Assembly (NCBI RefSeq): GCF_036588685.1 | Contig: NC_086386.1 | Span: forward strand, 55,118,001 to 55,182,000 | Direction of reading: 5' to 3' | Source: Mytilus trossulus | Taxonomy: Eukaryota | Length of the DNA stretch: 64,000 nucleotides | Translations under genes and position numbers: made by a program | In this document: positions 42,501 to 54,995 of the stretch, in pieces | How positions within the stretch are numbered: the first letter of the stretch is position 1 | How the letters are laid out: every line of letters starts with the position of its first letter | Notes under the pieces: model-generated | Database searches by the model: none | What the model saw: only the letters and a program-made list of their open reading frames with translations | Told to the model about the DNA's origin: nothing

Positions 42501-43689
42501 GTTTCAGTAGTTTTTATGCATTTTATACGTCCAAATAGCTTTTCTGGATTATCAGTGAAATACTAGTATGATGATTGAATAAGTACCGAAACACATAAAC
42601 TAACATAACCTTTGTGAATTATTTTGTTAGGCACACACATTGGACACAACTGACACAAATAGTTATTTCAGTCTTATAAACTGCCATATGTCATATCAAA
42701 TTTATGTACATGTAGTTATTTAAAAATTTTACAAACTGGTACCATCATGTCATTTGTTAATAAAAGTTAAAAGAAAAATTGTTATCATGCAGCGTTTCTT
42801 TATACAAATTTGACATAATTTTATTTTGTACAGTGCTATACTAGTATATAAAAATACTCATTTTGTATTGTAACTTTTGATGACCTGTCATATGTCACAT
42901 CAAATATATGTTAATTAAAAATGTCAGTTATTTTTGAATTCTAGAAACTGATTTAAGTGTTATATACAAATAAAATTAAAAATAAATATTTTTCTATCAT
43001 GCATATTTTCTTTTTACAAACTTGACATAATTTCTTTCTAACAGTAATAGCTCTATCGGATATACAATGGTATGTATAAAGACACTTTTACATTTAATAT
43101 TGAATCAAACCATTAAGGCTTATTGTAGTAATGGCATTATAATAACATAATACTCCCTTTATAGTTATGCCTTACATACAACAATGTAATTCACAGTCAC
43201 CTTGATCTACGTATTGAAATGTTAAATACATTACATATCTGTGTTGAATATTGTGATAATATGTGGTACGAATGCATATGAAACACCTATCCAATTGAGT
43301 AAAGAAAAAGGAAGTGATATATTACACAAGTGTATGAACTATGCGTTACATGGTAGACACAATAAAGATTACATTTTACAAAAGATCTGCATCAAATTTG
43401 GTAAAATTGTTTCAGTCTGTGTTTGAGTTCCAATAGAACATTGTTGGATCGTTTAAAGGATACGGTATTACCATTATCCCAGAGATCAAATGGTATCATT
43501 TTAACGTATTTAATGTTATCCATCATTTCCCTTGTGTCTTGTACTTAAATTGTTAATGACATGAACTTTCCAAATTACAGTTCCTTTCGTAATTAGAAAT
43601 TATTGTTAGAGTGCGTAAATGTTGACATGATTTTCTATACTTTTATCTATTTAGATATATACTGTCAATTTGGTGATTGTATATGTATT

Positions 43690-44053
43690 ATAACTTATTC
43701 AAAATCGTATATGACGGTATATGACTTATATAAATCATGAAACCAAATTTCAGAAATCCTTGTATTGTAGTTTCTGCGAAAAATGTGACGAAAATTTTCA
43801 ACTTGGCTATCATGTGTAAAATAGTACAAGTGTTCGGTAAACAGGAAGTTGTCAAGTGATCAATCTGAAAACGCATCACACTGTATAGCTGACTTAGATA
43901 AACCCTGAAATCAAATTTAAGAAATCCTTGTATTGTAGTTCTTGAGAAAAATGCGAAGAAAAACATTCATGGGACGGACGGACTGACTGACGGACTGACG
44001 GAAGGAAAGACAGAGCTAAAACAGCATACCCCCTTTGTGAAAGCGGGGATATT
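43690..44053. mobile_element. Non-autonomous Helentron/DINE-1 (pearl-like) element fragment
   Basis: Internal core repeat (AAATCCTTGTATTGTAGTT near 43754 and 43922), (GACG/GACT)n microsatellite 43972-44002, terminal hairpin ATACCCC..GGGGATAT; not seen in the paralogous region. Confidence 0.65.
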
Positions 44054-45048
44054 ACTACAAAGGTCCTAGATACATTACGGTCTGCACGAAGACCTGTTCT
44101 CTCGTTAACCTTCAACAGTTCCGATTGCAACAAAAAAAAATAGAAACAAAGCATTTGGTGAAACTTCGACTACGTGGGAGACTTCCGATCGCAATTGATT
44201 AATGAATTAGGCAATACATGTGTATTGCCTTATTCAATACATATGTATTGCCAATATATATTTTTAGAACAACAATCGGACCGATTATCAAACAAATTAT
44301 CAAATATTATTTTATATTGCTGACATTGTGTTGACATGTGATGTTCAAAACAATTGTCTTGGGTATATTAGAAATTAATGGATCTATATAGGGACATTTT
44401 ACCCAATGCCAATTGCAAATTGGATTCACTTCCGCCTTGAATAGTTAAGGTCACACGAGAAAATTAAAATCAGGATATAAATTTGTTTGAACGTTTAATC
44501 GTTTAGGTATAGTTATTATAAAAATCGCATTTGTTTGCCTTTGATGTGAGAAAAAGTTTATCTGGTGATGTATGATTATTTATTGAATACCAGAATCAAA
44601 TATTCCATGTTTCGTGTAGTTATTGCTAAATAAACATTTTAACTATATAAAATGAGATACTTCATGTGTAAATAATCATATTCGTGTTCAATACTAATAA
44701 CCCATATTTCTATTTACTTAAGTTTAAATATAATTGTTCGCTTTACAAGGCTGAATATTACCAATTTCACAAATTGTCTGTTAATGTGGGAAGTTCAAGT
44801 GTATGTATACAAGACATTTTCTGAAATAGATGCAATGAACACCTTTTCGTAAACCAGTAAAGCTATCCCGAATGAAGAGCAAGGGGACAGATGGAGACCG
44901 ACCCATGTGCTTAATGAGAGACAGATTATAATAGATGTTTCTTCAAAAATAAATAAGTTTAGGCCAAATTTTCAATGTCATCTATTTCAAGTTTAACCTT
45001 AAAACGAATCGATAATATATTAATACAATTTGAACATTTACTTTATTA

Positions 45049-47875
45049 TTTATACTACTTTGATGTAGCACAGACCTGCCAACTTTCCCCCTTTGTGTAG
45101 GATATCTCCATTAGAGATGTTAACCTAACCCTAATGATTACCAATAAATTAGACAAAATACTTTTAAAAATGCATTCCGAGGAATACAAAATATTTAAAG
45201 GTATACTCATTAAAAAGTAAAGTACACTAATAACATGCATATGTATGTATTAGGTCCTCTCGGCTAAAAATCCTCCATAGAAATTTTTGAAAAGTTCTCA
45301 CCTAAAAACACCTGAAAATCCGCATATTGGACTTTCATCCTTTTTTAGAGTCAAATTAACTTTTGATCACACATGTCATAAGATATGTAGATCGAGATAT
45401 TGATCAAAAAGCATTTTTATTTTTTGTTTTTATAGTAAATTTTATTCTTTCGGCACTTTTTGAAATTGGCCCATCTGTGAAAAAAATCATCGATAAATTG
45501 GCCCTACCTCTTTTATTTTAAACCGGTACATATGATAACGTACATGTATACATATATTCGCTTGTCAAATGGCCTACAAATGACGTTTATACTACTTTGA
45601 TGTAGCACAGACCTGCCAACTTTCCCCCTTTATGTAGGATATCTCCATTAGAGATGTTAACCTAACCCTAATGATAACCAATAAATTAGACAAAATACTT
45701 TTAAAAATGCATTCCGAGGAATACAAAATATTTAAAGGTATACTCATTAAAAAGTAAAGTACACTTATAACATGCATATGTATGTTTTAGGTCCTCTCGG
45801 CTAAAAATCCTCCATAGAAATTTTTGAAAAGTTGGCAGTTAAATGGTAGGTTTTTTTCATTTAGCTCACTATATATGTACATATGTAGTGTCGGTGATTT
45901 AGAGACAGTTAAACTTACGCTTCAAACGTTAACACTACTTTAAACGCCGTTTCCATTTACATTGTTAACGTCATCATATCTTCTGTCAACGTTGTGCTAT
46001 TGTTATGTATCATGTTACTATATTGAGGTCAGATTATACGATCAAACGAACAGACGTTGTTTTACTGCCTGTCTAGACTTTTAGTTAACCCATCCGTCAC
46101 ATGTAGTACGGGATTGCCCATTGTTGAAGGCCATACTTTAACTATAATAGTTACTTTCATGACGTCAGTTTTTATTTAGTGGATAGTTGTCGCATTGGCA
46201 ATCCAACTACATATTTCTTCCAACTTTATAAAGAGCCATGGCCAATTTGCCGGCGATTTGTTTCATTCGATTAGATAGGTAAATCATGCTTTAAATAGCC
46301 CGATAGATGTTAATTATAGTACATGATAATACGTCACGTCATCTATTTTCATACCTTGAACAGGTACTCCTACATAAACAAGGCCAAGACTATTGATTTT
46401 TTAATATTGATTTTATTGTATTATTAACATCCTTTATGCAAGGTGCCATACCACGTAACATGCCAAGGGAGCCAAATAACACGGAACAAATTCAAATCTT
46501 GATTGTCTCATTCTAAATATATGTATATCTGTACTTTTCCTGGTCTTTTAAGGTTTTATCGTCTATAAGATAAGATACTACATGTTTATATTTTAACCCG
46601 AGACCATCTTTAATACCGTCAGTAAGTCATAGATCACCCTGTGTTACTGACACATGTTATATTGCCTTTTCTGTCATTTTAACAAATCGGACCTTCGTTG
46701 TGATACAGATGCAACAGCTTCTTGATGTTTTACCTACAATCACGATTTGTAGTGTGATTGATTGTTCTGTTGTGTTGTTTTATTTTCTGATGACTGAAGT
46801 ACCGGTGTAGGGACGGTGGTAAACATTTCAGAACTAGTATCTAAACAGTTTGTGAATTGGCGACAAAGTTGTTGTTGACTGCATTTGTTACATATGATAC
46901 CATGTTCCAAAAAGGTTTCGAAAAATAGTTTGTGTTGTTTTGAAACTTGTATACAATGGCCTTATTTTAAGTTATGTGTATATAACCCCCGCAATATATA
47001 GGTTTCATTGCTATATGATTAATTCTCGTGTTATTGGTTATCAGTTTGACGGCAGTTGGTCCTTGGATATATGTAATAAATGTAACCACATTAATAGAAA
47101 GTAAGTCAAGAGTATGGATAGTCTAGGAATGCACACAATGAGCAATACATTTTTTTTTCTTTGATACATGTAAAAAGATAAACTAGTAAACTATATAGTC
47201 AAAATGAACCAGAATGACTCTATGAATTAAGCAAACATCCGAAAAAATATGATAGAAACATTAAAATTTAATATAACAATACAAAAAATGCAAATATTCT
47301 GAGCGAGATTCGAACCCTTTCTTTAAAACCATCATTAATTAGTAGTTGTGTGCTCTACTAATGGAGCTACGGCGATGCTTATACATATCTCTCTTATTAA
47401 GAATCTATATCGGTACAATTTATCGATGTTACAATTTTTTCTTTAAAAAGTTGTTTTTTATGTAATAAGGACACTCTAAACCAATTTCATTTTTGAGTGA
47501 ACAAGTTGTATGAATAACAACAGTCATAAAAAGTATAACTTTTTTTTGGTTTGAAATGTCCTTCTTAGGGGATTCCATGTTTTTCTCACCTAAAAACACC
47601 TGAAAATCCGCATATTGGACTTTCATCCTTTTTTAGGGTCAAATTAACTTTTGATCACACATGTCATAATATATGTAAATCGAGATATTGATCAAAAAGC
47701 ATTTTTATTTTTTGTTTTTATAGTAAATTTTATTCTTTCGGCACTTTTTGAAATTGGCCCATCTGTGAAAAAAATCATCGATAAATTGGCCCTACCTCTT
47801 TTATTTTAAACCGGTACATATGATAACGTACATGTATACATATATTCGCTTGTCAAATGGCCTACAAATGACGTC
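45049..47875 (+). repeat. Local P-Q-P-spacer-Q duplication
   Basis: P ~45049-45295 = ~45586-45832; Q ~45295-45585 = ~47585-47875; near-identical. Confidence 0.88.
47299..47373 (-). repeat. tRNA-derived sequence (pseudo-tRNA or SINE head)
   Basis: Minus strand A box TAGCTCCATTAGTAGAGC and B box GGTTCGAATC; no proper acceptor or anticodon stems. Confidence 0.55.
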
Positions 47876-50127
47876 TTGTGGTAAAATTTAATTAAATGAA
47901 TGTTAAGTAAATTAAAATTGATTTCAATAAAATGAAAAATAGCATACATTTATGTTCGTGAACTATTAGCGTATTGAGAAATCTGTTCACCTCAATTAGT
48001 TTAACTTCAAAATGACGTATGTAATGCTTTCAACCATTTTGTATGGAAATGAACGTATCGGTATCAAACCCATTTCTTCTAAATACGCCATTTAAATGAT
48101 TTAAGATAATGATCATATTTAAAGAAGTTATTACATTTGTACTTATAAGTAGACCAAATCGTCAGAATTTAAATTATGAAACATTAATTGAAATTTAAAT
48201 GTCAATTATAAATGGTTTCATTATTTAGAACGCTATACTAATTTGAAAAATGTAAACGTTGTTCAAAAAGTGCAATATATATGTTTTTGCACTTTACCAA
48301 AATAAATGAAATATTTAAAATGCATGCATGCTTAAAGATGTTGGTAAACGTTAATATATTAGAGCAATTAAATTGGTATACTTACTAAACTTTTTATCCA
48401 ATGTCGTAATTAGAGCATATTCAAACCAATTACAACTTTAGAATTATAGACTTTCTGCAAACACAAACGACAATTAACAACATGTCAAAGTGCAATTCTT
48501 TAGATATAGAAGCTATTTGTTAGTTTCATCCATACACTATCGTTTTGTTTTATCATTTCAGTTGTCGTTTGCTAGATCGCCAAACGGGTACCCGAGAGAG
48601 AAGTAACAGTCTAATTCATGTACAAACAAATAACGAAAAATAAATATGTAACAGATCAATAAACGACAACCACTAAGTTACAGGCTCTTGACTTAGGACA
48701 GTTATAAACATACAGAATGTGGCGGGGTTTAACATGTTAGTAGGATCCAAACCTCCCCCCATACCTGGGAAAGTGGTGTAACAGTACAATATACGAACGA
48801 ATTATAAAGTTTAAAAACCTTAACCGGGTACGAGTACTCCCAACAACATAAAGACACTAAGACCGAAAGTACTCGCAGTAACTATGAGCTAGTTCAAATA
48901 TCATTTAATAGGGGTTCTAACCCCTTGAACCATCCCTATTCATGAAACAACAATTGCTATTTTATTACTAACACATTTGAGTTATGATTAAAGATTTACG
49001 TATTTCATATTTGTGACAGAAATACAAAAAGCAGGACAAACATAAATTCGTTGTAGCTTCTTGTTCATTGTTGAAAGACTTTGTTTAACTTTTTGGGTTA
49101 ATACATGCGTGCCCTGCCATCGGTCTTGTAGATAGTTTTAAATTGACAATCACAACAGATCGCTCTATTTCATATTATAACGTGTATAAAAATGTACAAT
49201 GTGTAAGTTAACATTAGCCTGAGGCTGATGGTGAGGAGTAGGAGGAGGAGGAGGAAGACGACTGCGATGGCGACAACGAAGACGACGGCAACAATAAAGA
49301 TAATAATAATGATGATCCTTAGTGGGTCAGTGCATTAAATATATATGATAAATGAGTATGAGCCCTGCTTTGTAAAATATTTATAAGTTTAGCCGAAATC
49401 TACATCAGGACCCATAAGCATGACGAATAGTCTTTCGTCTTACTTTAAAATCATGCTCGCTGGAACTAGAGATAAGAGAATAACTATCAAAATTCGACTC
49501 GTTGGATTTTATCACAAATGAGGGTAGATATATATGGATTAAGACTATGGCGGCATTTGGCACCAGCTAATTATAACACAGAATGAACAAAATCATTTGT
49601 CTTTCTATTAAAGAACACTGACAGAAACTATAGCAAGACAACGACAAAAGATATAAACCAACGCAAATACCAAGCAAATATGAGTTCCGATGGCGTTAAA
49701 AAAATAAGAAATCATTTGAATGCGCCAACTAATTGAAAATTATACATATCCAGATATGTAGTGAAAATATTTATACGTAAATAATTAATTTTGCTTTCAT
49801 TTATTCGAATGGAAAATGATTAATTTATTAAAGGAGAATTATATTTAAAGTCATTTAATTAAGAAATAAATTCTGAAGTTGTTTTGCCTTTTATATTAAA
49901 AGACAGTATTAAATCAACCAAATATCATTACATCATTCGTATAAGAATTACTAATAGGTCATTGCTTTTCATGAGTTTTAACTGAATTCATATTTGTATT
50001 AGTGCGTTTTCGTAAAGTGCAATTTTAAAATTTATATGAAGTTTTTCTGCTTCATACTCATAATGAGCATAAACTCAACCTTCTAAATTAAATACCTAGT
50101 AATTAAATAGAACGTTAAGTTGAAGTT

Positions 50128-50212
50128 GTCTTCTTTCCACTTAATACATCTTAACTATATAAAGAAAAACACAACACAAACTTATGTTGTTGACTAGCTC
50201 GAGTACTGCATA
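50128..50212 (-). repeat. Split direct repeat B2 (85 bp), 3' end of the element
   Basis: Identical by eye to 50823-50907. Confidence 0.93.
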
Positions 50213-50650
50213 TTGTGAGCTGCCGATTTAATAAGACAAATGATCAATATAAACATATTATACACTATACAATGTGAAAACAATAACATCATTGTTCAAC
50301 AAAAATATATACTCATCAATGTTGACCTTTTGTATTAGAATAACTGAATAAATGAATGTTTCGTGGCCGCCCAGGAAAAACCCTTTTAGGAAACCTGTGT
50401 CCTTTTGTCCATGCCAACGAAACTCTAAGTGTTGGACCTCACTTATCAAATGAGAAAAAGAAAAACATAATTTTGTTTGTAAATATCGAAATAGAAAAGA
50501 AAGCGAGTCATTAGGACTCAAGGGCTATGAAAAGTTTTGGTACAAAAGTCTTAATACGATTACGTTTGTATAGCCAATCAACCTACATAAATATCAATAT
50601 ATTTATCAAATACAAAATTATGCAAATCTTTTTTCCTTAAAAAACCCTTA

Positions 50651-50907
50651 AAAATACGATGTTCACAGTACGAAGTACAGGCTAGAATTAACTATATATA
50701 ACAGTCACTTTACAACCTAATTTTTTGGCGCCAAAAATTCCTACGCCTACACGTACATGTATTACACATGCGCAAGAAGACAATCAATTCCCGTTATACT
50801 TATGTGCCTCGGGAATTTTTTAGTCTTCTTTCCACTTAATACATCTTAACTATATAAAGAAAAACACAACACAAACTTATGTTGTTGACTAGCTCGAGTA
50901 CTGCATA
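50651..50907 (-). repeat. Internal B1-A2 junction (B1 50823-50907, A2 50651-50822)
   Basis: Directly abutting copies of both element termini, reproducing the expected circle junction. Confidence 0.93.
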
Positions 50908-50943
50908 GAGCAACAAAGATAGAAAAATAAGAAAATAAATATA

Positions 50944-51957
50944 CTACAAGCCTTAAGTTTTAGATACGGCTAACCTACTTTCTACAGAGTCGGCTACGTA
51001 GCCGTCTTTGCTTGAATCACTTTTCCACCTACCATGGCGCTTCCAGCACCTTTCATTGACACCTGAATTTGCCGCCATAGTGGCACCACCAGACCTAAGA
51101 GAATGCAACCCAAGATTCAATTCAGGTGCAACTAATCTTAATCTCTTAATAACACACTCCCTAGCAGTAGTGTAACTAATAGGTTTGTTAATACTAATTA
51201 ATGCACATTTTTTCTTACTTCTGTACAAAGGTCGAAATAAAAACATATCACTATCCAAAACTAATTCAGCTAAACTTACATATCTAAAAAACATAGCATA
51301 AGGACAAGCCAAAGTATGACCTTTACAAATTAAAATTTCATCACCTGATCTGTACTGATCAGTCTTACTTCGCCTAATCTTAATAACTAAATGCTCTTCT
51401 TTTACGAAAAAATCGTTACATCTAAGCTGACTTAACTCATTAAAACGTAAAAAACCACTGAAACCTAGCAAAGTCATCAAAAGATCCCTAACTACCAGTA
51501 AATCTGTAGAAAAATGAAACATAGAACATAACCGAATTAAAATATCAGTAGTGACTGGGTCTTTCTTATTAACAACAGGTTTAGCAGTTCTTTTAGCTGA
51601 TTCAACTAAACTTTCAACAAAAGAGTTATTTGTAGGGTCAATTTGACCACACATTTCATGTGCCCATTTAATTGAATAAACAGCAGATGATACCGTACTG
51701 TACGTTGATCCGGAATCTAACAAATTAGACAAATATAAAGCAATATGTATAGGCGAGGCAGGCATAGAAATTAAACAATGTTTACTAACAAATTTTTCCC
51801 ACTTTAAAAAAACCATAGTAATATTTTTTCACAGTACTGTCACTTCTGGATCCCAATAAACGTGTTGATAAGCTGGCAACCGAACTGTACAAAGGGTGAG
51901 TTTCATCAATTCCACTATGTTCCACGGCGTCACGCACAAACTGTTCTTGCTTTATTC
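50944..51957 (-). pseudogene. Tyrosine recombinase (YR) of the DIRS/PAT element
   Basis: Track ORF 50953-51816 holds the catalytic residues FLRFNE (R), RSKTDQ (K), HSLRSGG (HxxR), HGRW, GY (Y). The N-terminal part (IKQEQF..SRSDSTVKKYYYG) lies in another frame across a 7-T run at 51806-51812; TAA at 50953 probably truncates a terminal LGL. Confidence 0.92.
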
Positions 51958-51979
51958 CTGTGCAAAAGAAATACTACAA

Positions 51980-54799
51980 TCAAAATCTGATTTTAAAAGC
52001 AATCATTGCAAAATTCAAAGGATTTACTCCAAAAATACCATTATTACCTCTACCTCTTACAATTAAGTTTTTATTTGTAAGCCGCATTTTACTCTCAACA
52101 AAAGTGCAATTCGAATTGTGTAATAATGCCCAGAATGGAGCTGATTTCCAAAATGGAACAACAAGAGTACTGTCCGCGCTATCGTTGCATACTTTTCTAA
52201 TGACCTTGGCTATCAAATTTGGCGGTGGCGCCAACCAGTTATTTTCTCCTTGCCAATTTTGCGTGAAAGCGTCAATAGCTTCAGTACCTTTGCACCAACA
52301 TTTTGAATTAAACCTAAAACATTTACTGTTATAATCAGTAGCAAATCTATCTATAGAATGTTTTCCCCAAAGCTCATCAAGCATGTCAAACACATCAAAA
52401 TGAATTCCCCAATCATCACAATCTGAATATCTACTTAAAGTATCAGCTATTGTGTTTTGTTCCCGAGAACCCATTGTGTCTTAATACTTATATTGTTTTC
52501 TGTGCACAATTCATTTAAATCGCAAGCAATCTCTTGAAGATCTAACTTTCTACTACCGTTCTTAATTATGCTTGTAACGTTTTTATTATCAGTATTCAGT
52601 TGAACTGTATGATTTTTCAGCATTGTAACAGAACTTTTAACTACTCTACCTACTGCTTCAAGCTCTCTCCATGTAGAGCTTTTAACACTTTCAGATACCG
52701 ACCAGTTACTAGTCACAGTTATCAAACTGTTATAAGGAACTTCTAGACCACAATCAGTCATTTTCATAATACAATCAGAGTCACAGACAGACTCTGTATC
52801 AGCTGGGACTACATATCCCCCAAAGCCGACATCTGATGCGTCAGTATACGCCACAAAATCACAAAAATCTGACTCATGCAGATTAAAACCCTTTCTATTG
52901 AACTTTCTTACGTTCTCAAACCAAAAATATAGCTCTTCAATAGCTACAGAATTCAATACTACAAGCGAGTTCCAACTTGCTCTCATTATAAGACAATTGT
53001 ACAATTCTCGAGTTCTAAGTCTACAAACGTTTCCCATTACAGACATCATTGATATTATCTGTCCAACAATACCAGCCACAAATCTAGCATTATACAAAAG
53101 CTTGCCTTTACCTACACTTATCAATGTTTTGTCAATAACAGAAAGAAGTCTTTCGACTCTCTCCTCGGTAATACTCAATTTTCCAAATTGCATTTCCCAA
53201 AATAACCCTATCCAAGTAATATTCTGTACAGGCAACCATATACATTTCTCTTCTGCTATTAAAAAACCAAACTCTGTCAAACTTTCTCTTACAAAAGTGC
53301 TAACACGGTGTGCTCAATCGAAGTTACTGTCTCCGCCCAAACCATCATCTAAGTACATTAGGATTCTAAAACCTTGACTCCTCCAGTACTTAACAACTTC
53401 TTTTGTAAGTTTGGTAAATATATGACCAGCGCTAGCAATTCCAAAAGGAAGAACATTAAATACATAATATCTGGTTGTCCCTTCAAATTGCCAACTAAAA
53501 CCTGTGATCTGGCAATATCTCTATGTGATGATAAGCACTTTTTAAATCAAAGCGAAACAGATAATTTCCTTTATTAAATAGTTGCTTGGCAACTGACCCA
53601 TCTTCAAACTTAAATTTAAACTGATGTATTCACTCGTTGATATGTCTGCAATCTAGAACCAATCTAGGTTTTGCTGATCTGTTATATGCTACCGTTAGCG
53701 GATTTACTACATACGGTATTTCGTGTACTTCTGAAATACACTTCTTATCTAATAATTTAGAAATTTCACCATTTACAAAAACAGAATTATCTAAAGATGA
53801 TTTATTATTTCTGAGAACACAACTGTCTGGAAGAGTTTTAAATGGTATACCATAGCCTTGCTCTATTACTTTTAAAATGTACTCTCTTGTACCAGTCTCC
53901 TTCCATTTGTGTATTGCCTTATTTAATTTACCTACTGGTGTCAAAACATTCACCTGTAAATTTAAATGACCAGACGTCTGGTCATTACTCTCGTCATACC
54001 TGACTGAACCGTTAACACAATTGACCATTGTTTCGTTTACCTCTTTGTGAGCAGAATTCAATAAACGACTCCCCCCTTTTAACTCAAAATTTGATTTGTA
54101 ACTCAAATCCCAAGCTAAATTACAACATTTATCAAATATTTTACTTAACTTTGGTCGTTTCTTTTCAGGACACTCATTCTGCCAATGACCAGGCTTGTAA
54201 CAATTATAACAAACACCAGGCTTCCTTGATACTGTCTGTCTATCTCTGCTTCCACTGGAACTCGCTGGTTTTACATAAGGCTCAGCGCGGGATCTCCTCT
54301 TTACTCTGTCTGCTTTGATCTTCCTTTCCGCTCTGTTTTGTGCTTGAAATATCTTTCTGTCATCTTCTGAATCGTCCGCCAAAGGATTTGCGGTATACTC
54401 CTGAACTAATTTCCACCCACATTCTGAAGAGTCTGCCATCTTTACTAATTTTTGCCGATAATTTAAAAGTTCAATACCTTCAGATATCTTCTGTTTAGCC
54501 CTCGCGGCAGATGGGTCTTTTGGCTCGATAACAGCTTCTGCTTCTTTCAACGCGACAGACACTTTCTGGTTGAACTTAAATTGATCTTCACAACTTTTCC
54601 TCTGAAATTTGTAACTGTCTGTTGATAAAAGGTCATTGTGAATACGGTTGAACTGTGCGTCCGAACGTTCCTTCTGTTGCTGGTCATAAACTTGAAATTT
54701 AGTAGTAAATAAACTGTCCAACTTAGATAAAAATTCATTCTGTGATCTATTTACTTCTTCACTAACGATACGCTTCACATTATTTTCTAAGTCATCCAT
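51980..54799 (-). pseudogene. Disrupted gag-pol polyprotein (gag zinc knuckle, reverse transcriptase, RNase H, DNA methyltransferase-like domain)
   Basis: ATG at 54799 (MDDLENN); CYNCYKPGHWQNEC; NPLTV..KPRLVLDCR; FDLKSAYHHI; VLPFG; YLDD at 53344-53355; YTDAS, SSTWRELEA, TDN (RNase H); DRFAT..FNS..DAFTQNW..NWLAPPP (MT-like). Lesions: TGA 53630-53632, frameshift ~53500, TGA 53314-53316, frameshift ~52467. Confidence 0.92.
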
Positions 54800-54823
54800 A
54801 GCGCGACGGTGAACGGCACTCAC

Positions 54824-54995
54824 AAAATACGATGTTCACAGTACGAAGTACAGGCTAGAATTAACTATATATAACAGTCACTTTACAACCTAATTTTTTG
54901 GCGCCAAAAATTCCTACGCCTACACGTACATGTATTACACATGCGCAAGAAGACAATCAATTCCCGTTATACTTATGTGCCTCGGGAATTTTTTA
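54824..54995 (-). repeat. Split direct repeat A1 (172 bp), probably carrying the element promoter
   Basis: Identical by eye to 50651-50822; TATATATAG on the minus strand near 54870; palindrome TTTTTGGCGCCAAAAA at 54895-54910. Confidence 0.93.

Larger units (their letters stand above)
50128..54995 (-). mobile_element. Full-length tyrosine-recombinase retrotransposon (DIRS order, PAT-like, split direct repeats A1-ORFs-B1-A2-spacer-B2); coding regions disabled
   Basis: Gag CCHC knuckle, RT (YLDD), RNase H, MT-like domain and YR in order on the minus strand; 172-bp repeat A at 54824-54995 and 50651-50822; 85-bp repeat B at 50823-50907 and 50128-50212; no obvious TSD. Confidence 0.95.

Noticed and set aside
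45055-45777. Two near-identical 61-aa ORFs
   Set aside because: By-product of the local duplication; no protein-like features
47299-47373. Functional tRNA gene
   Set aside because: A and B boxes present but the cloverleaf stems do not pair
49222-49318. Acidic coding exon (EEEEEDDCDGDNEDDG)
   Set aside because: Trinucleotide low-complexity tract; the paralogous site (~7845-7905) is a G-rich run without a conserved frame
50953-51816. Phage integrase, bacterial contamination or Crypton
   Set aside because: Embedded with gag, RT and RNase H inside split direct repeats, so it belongs to the DIRS-order retrotransposon
51960-54738. Plus-strand ORFs overlapping the retrotransposon
   Set aside because: Antisense shadows of the gag-pol codons
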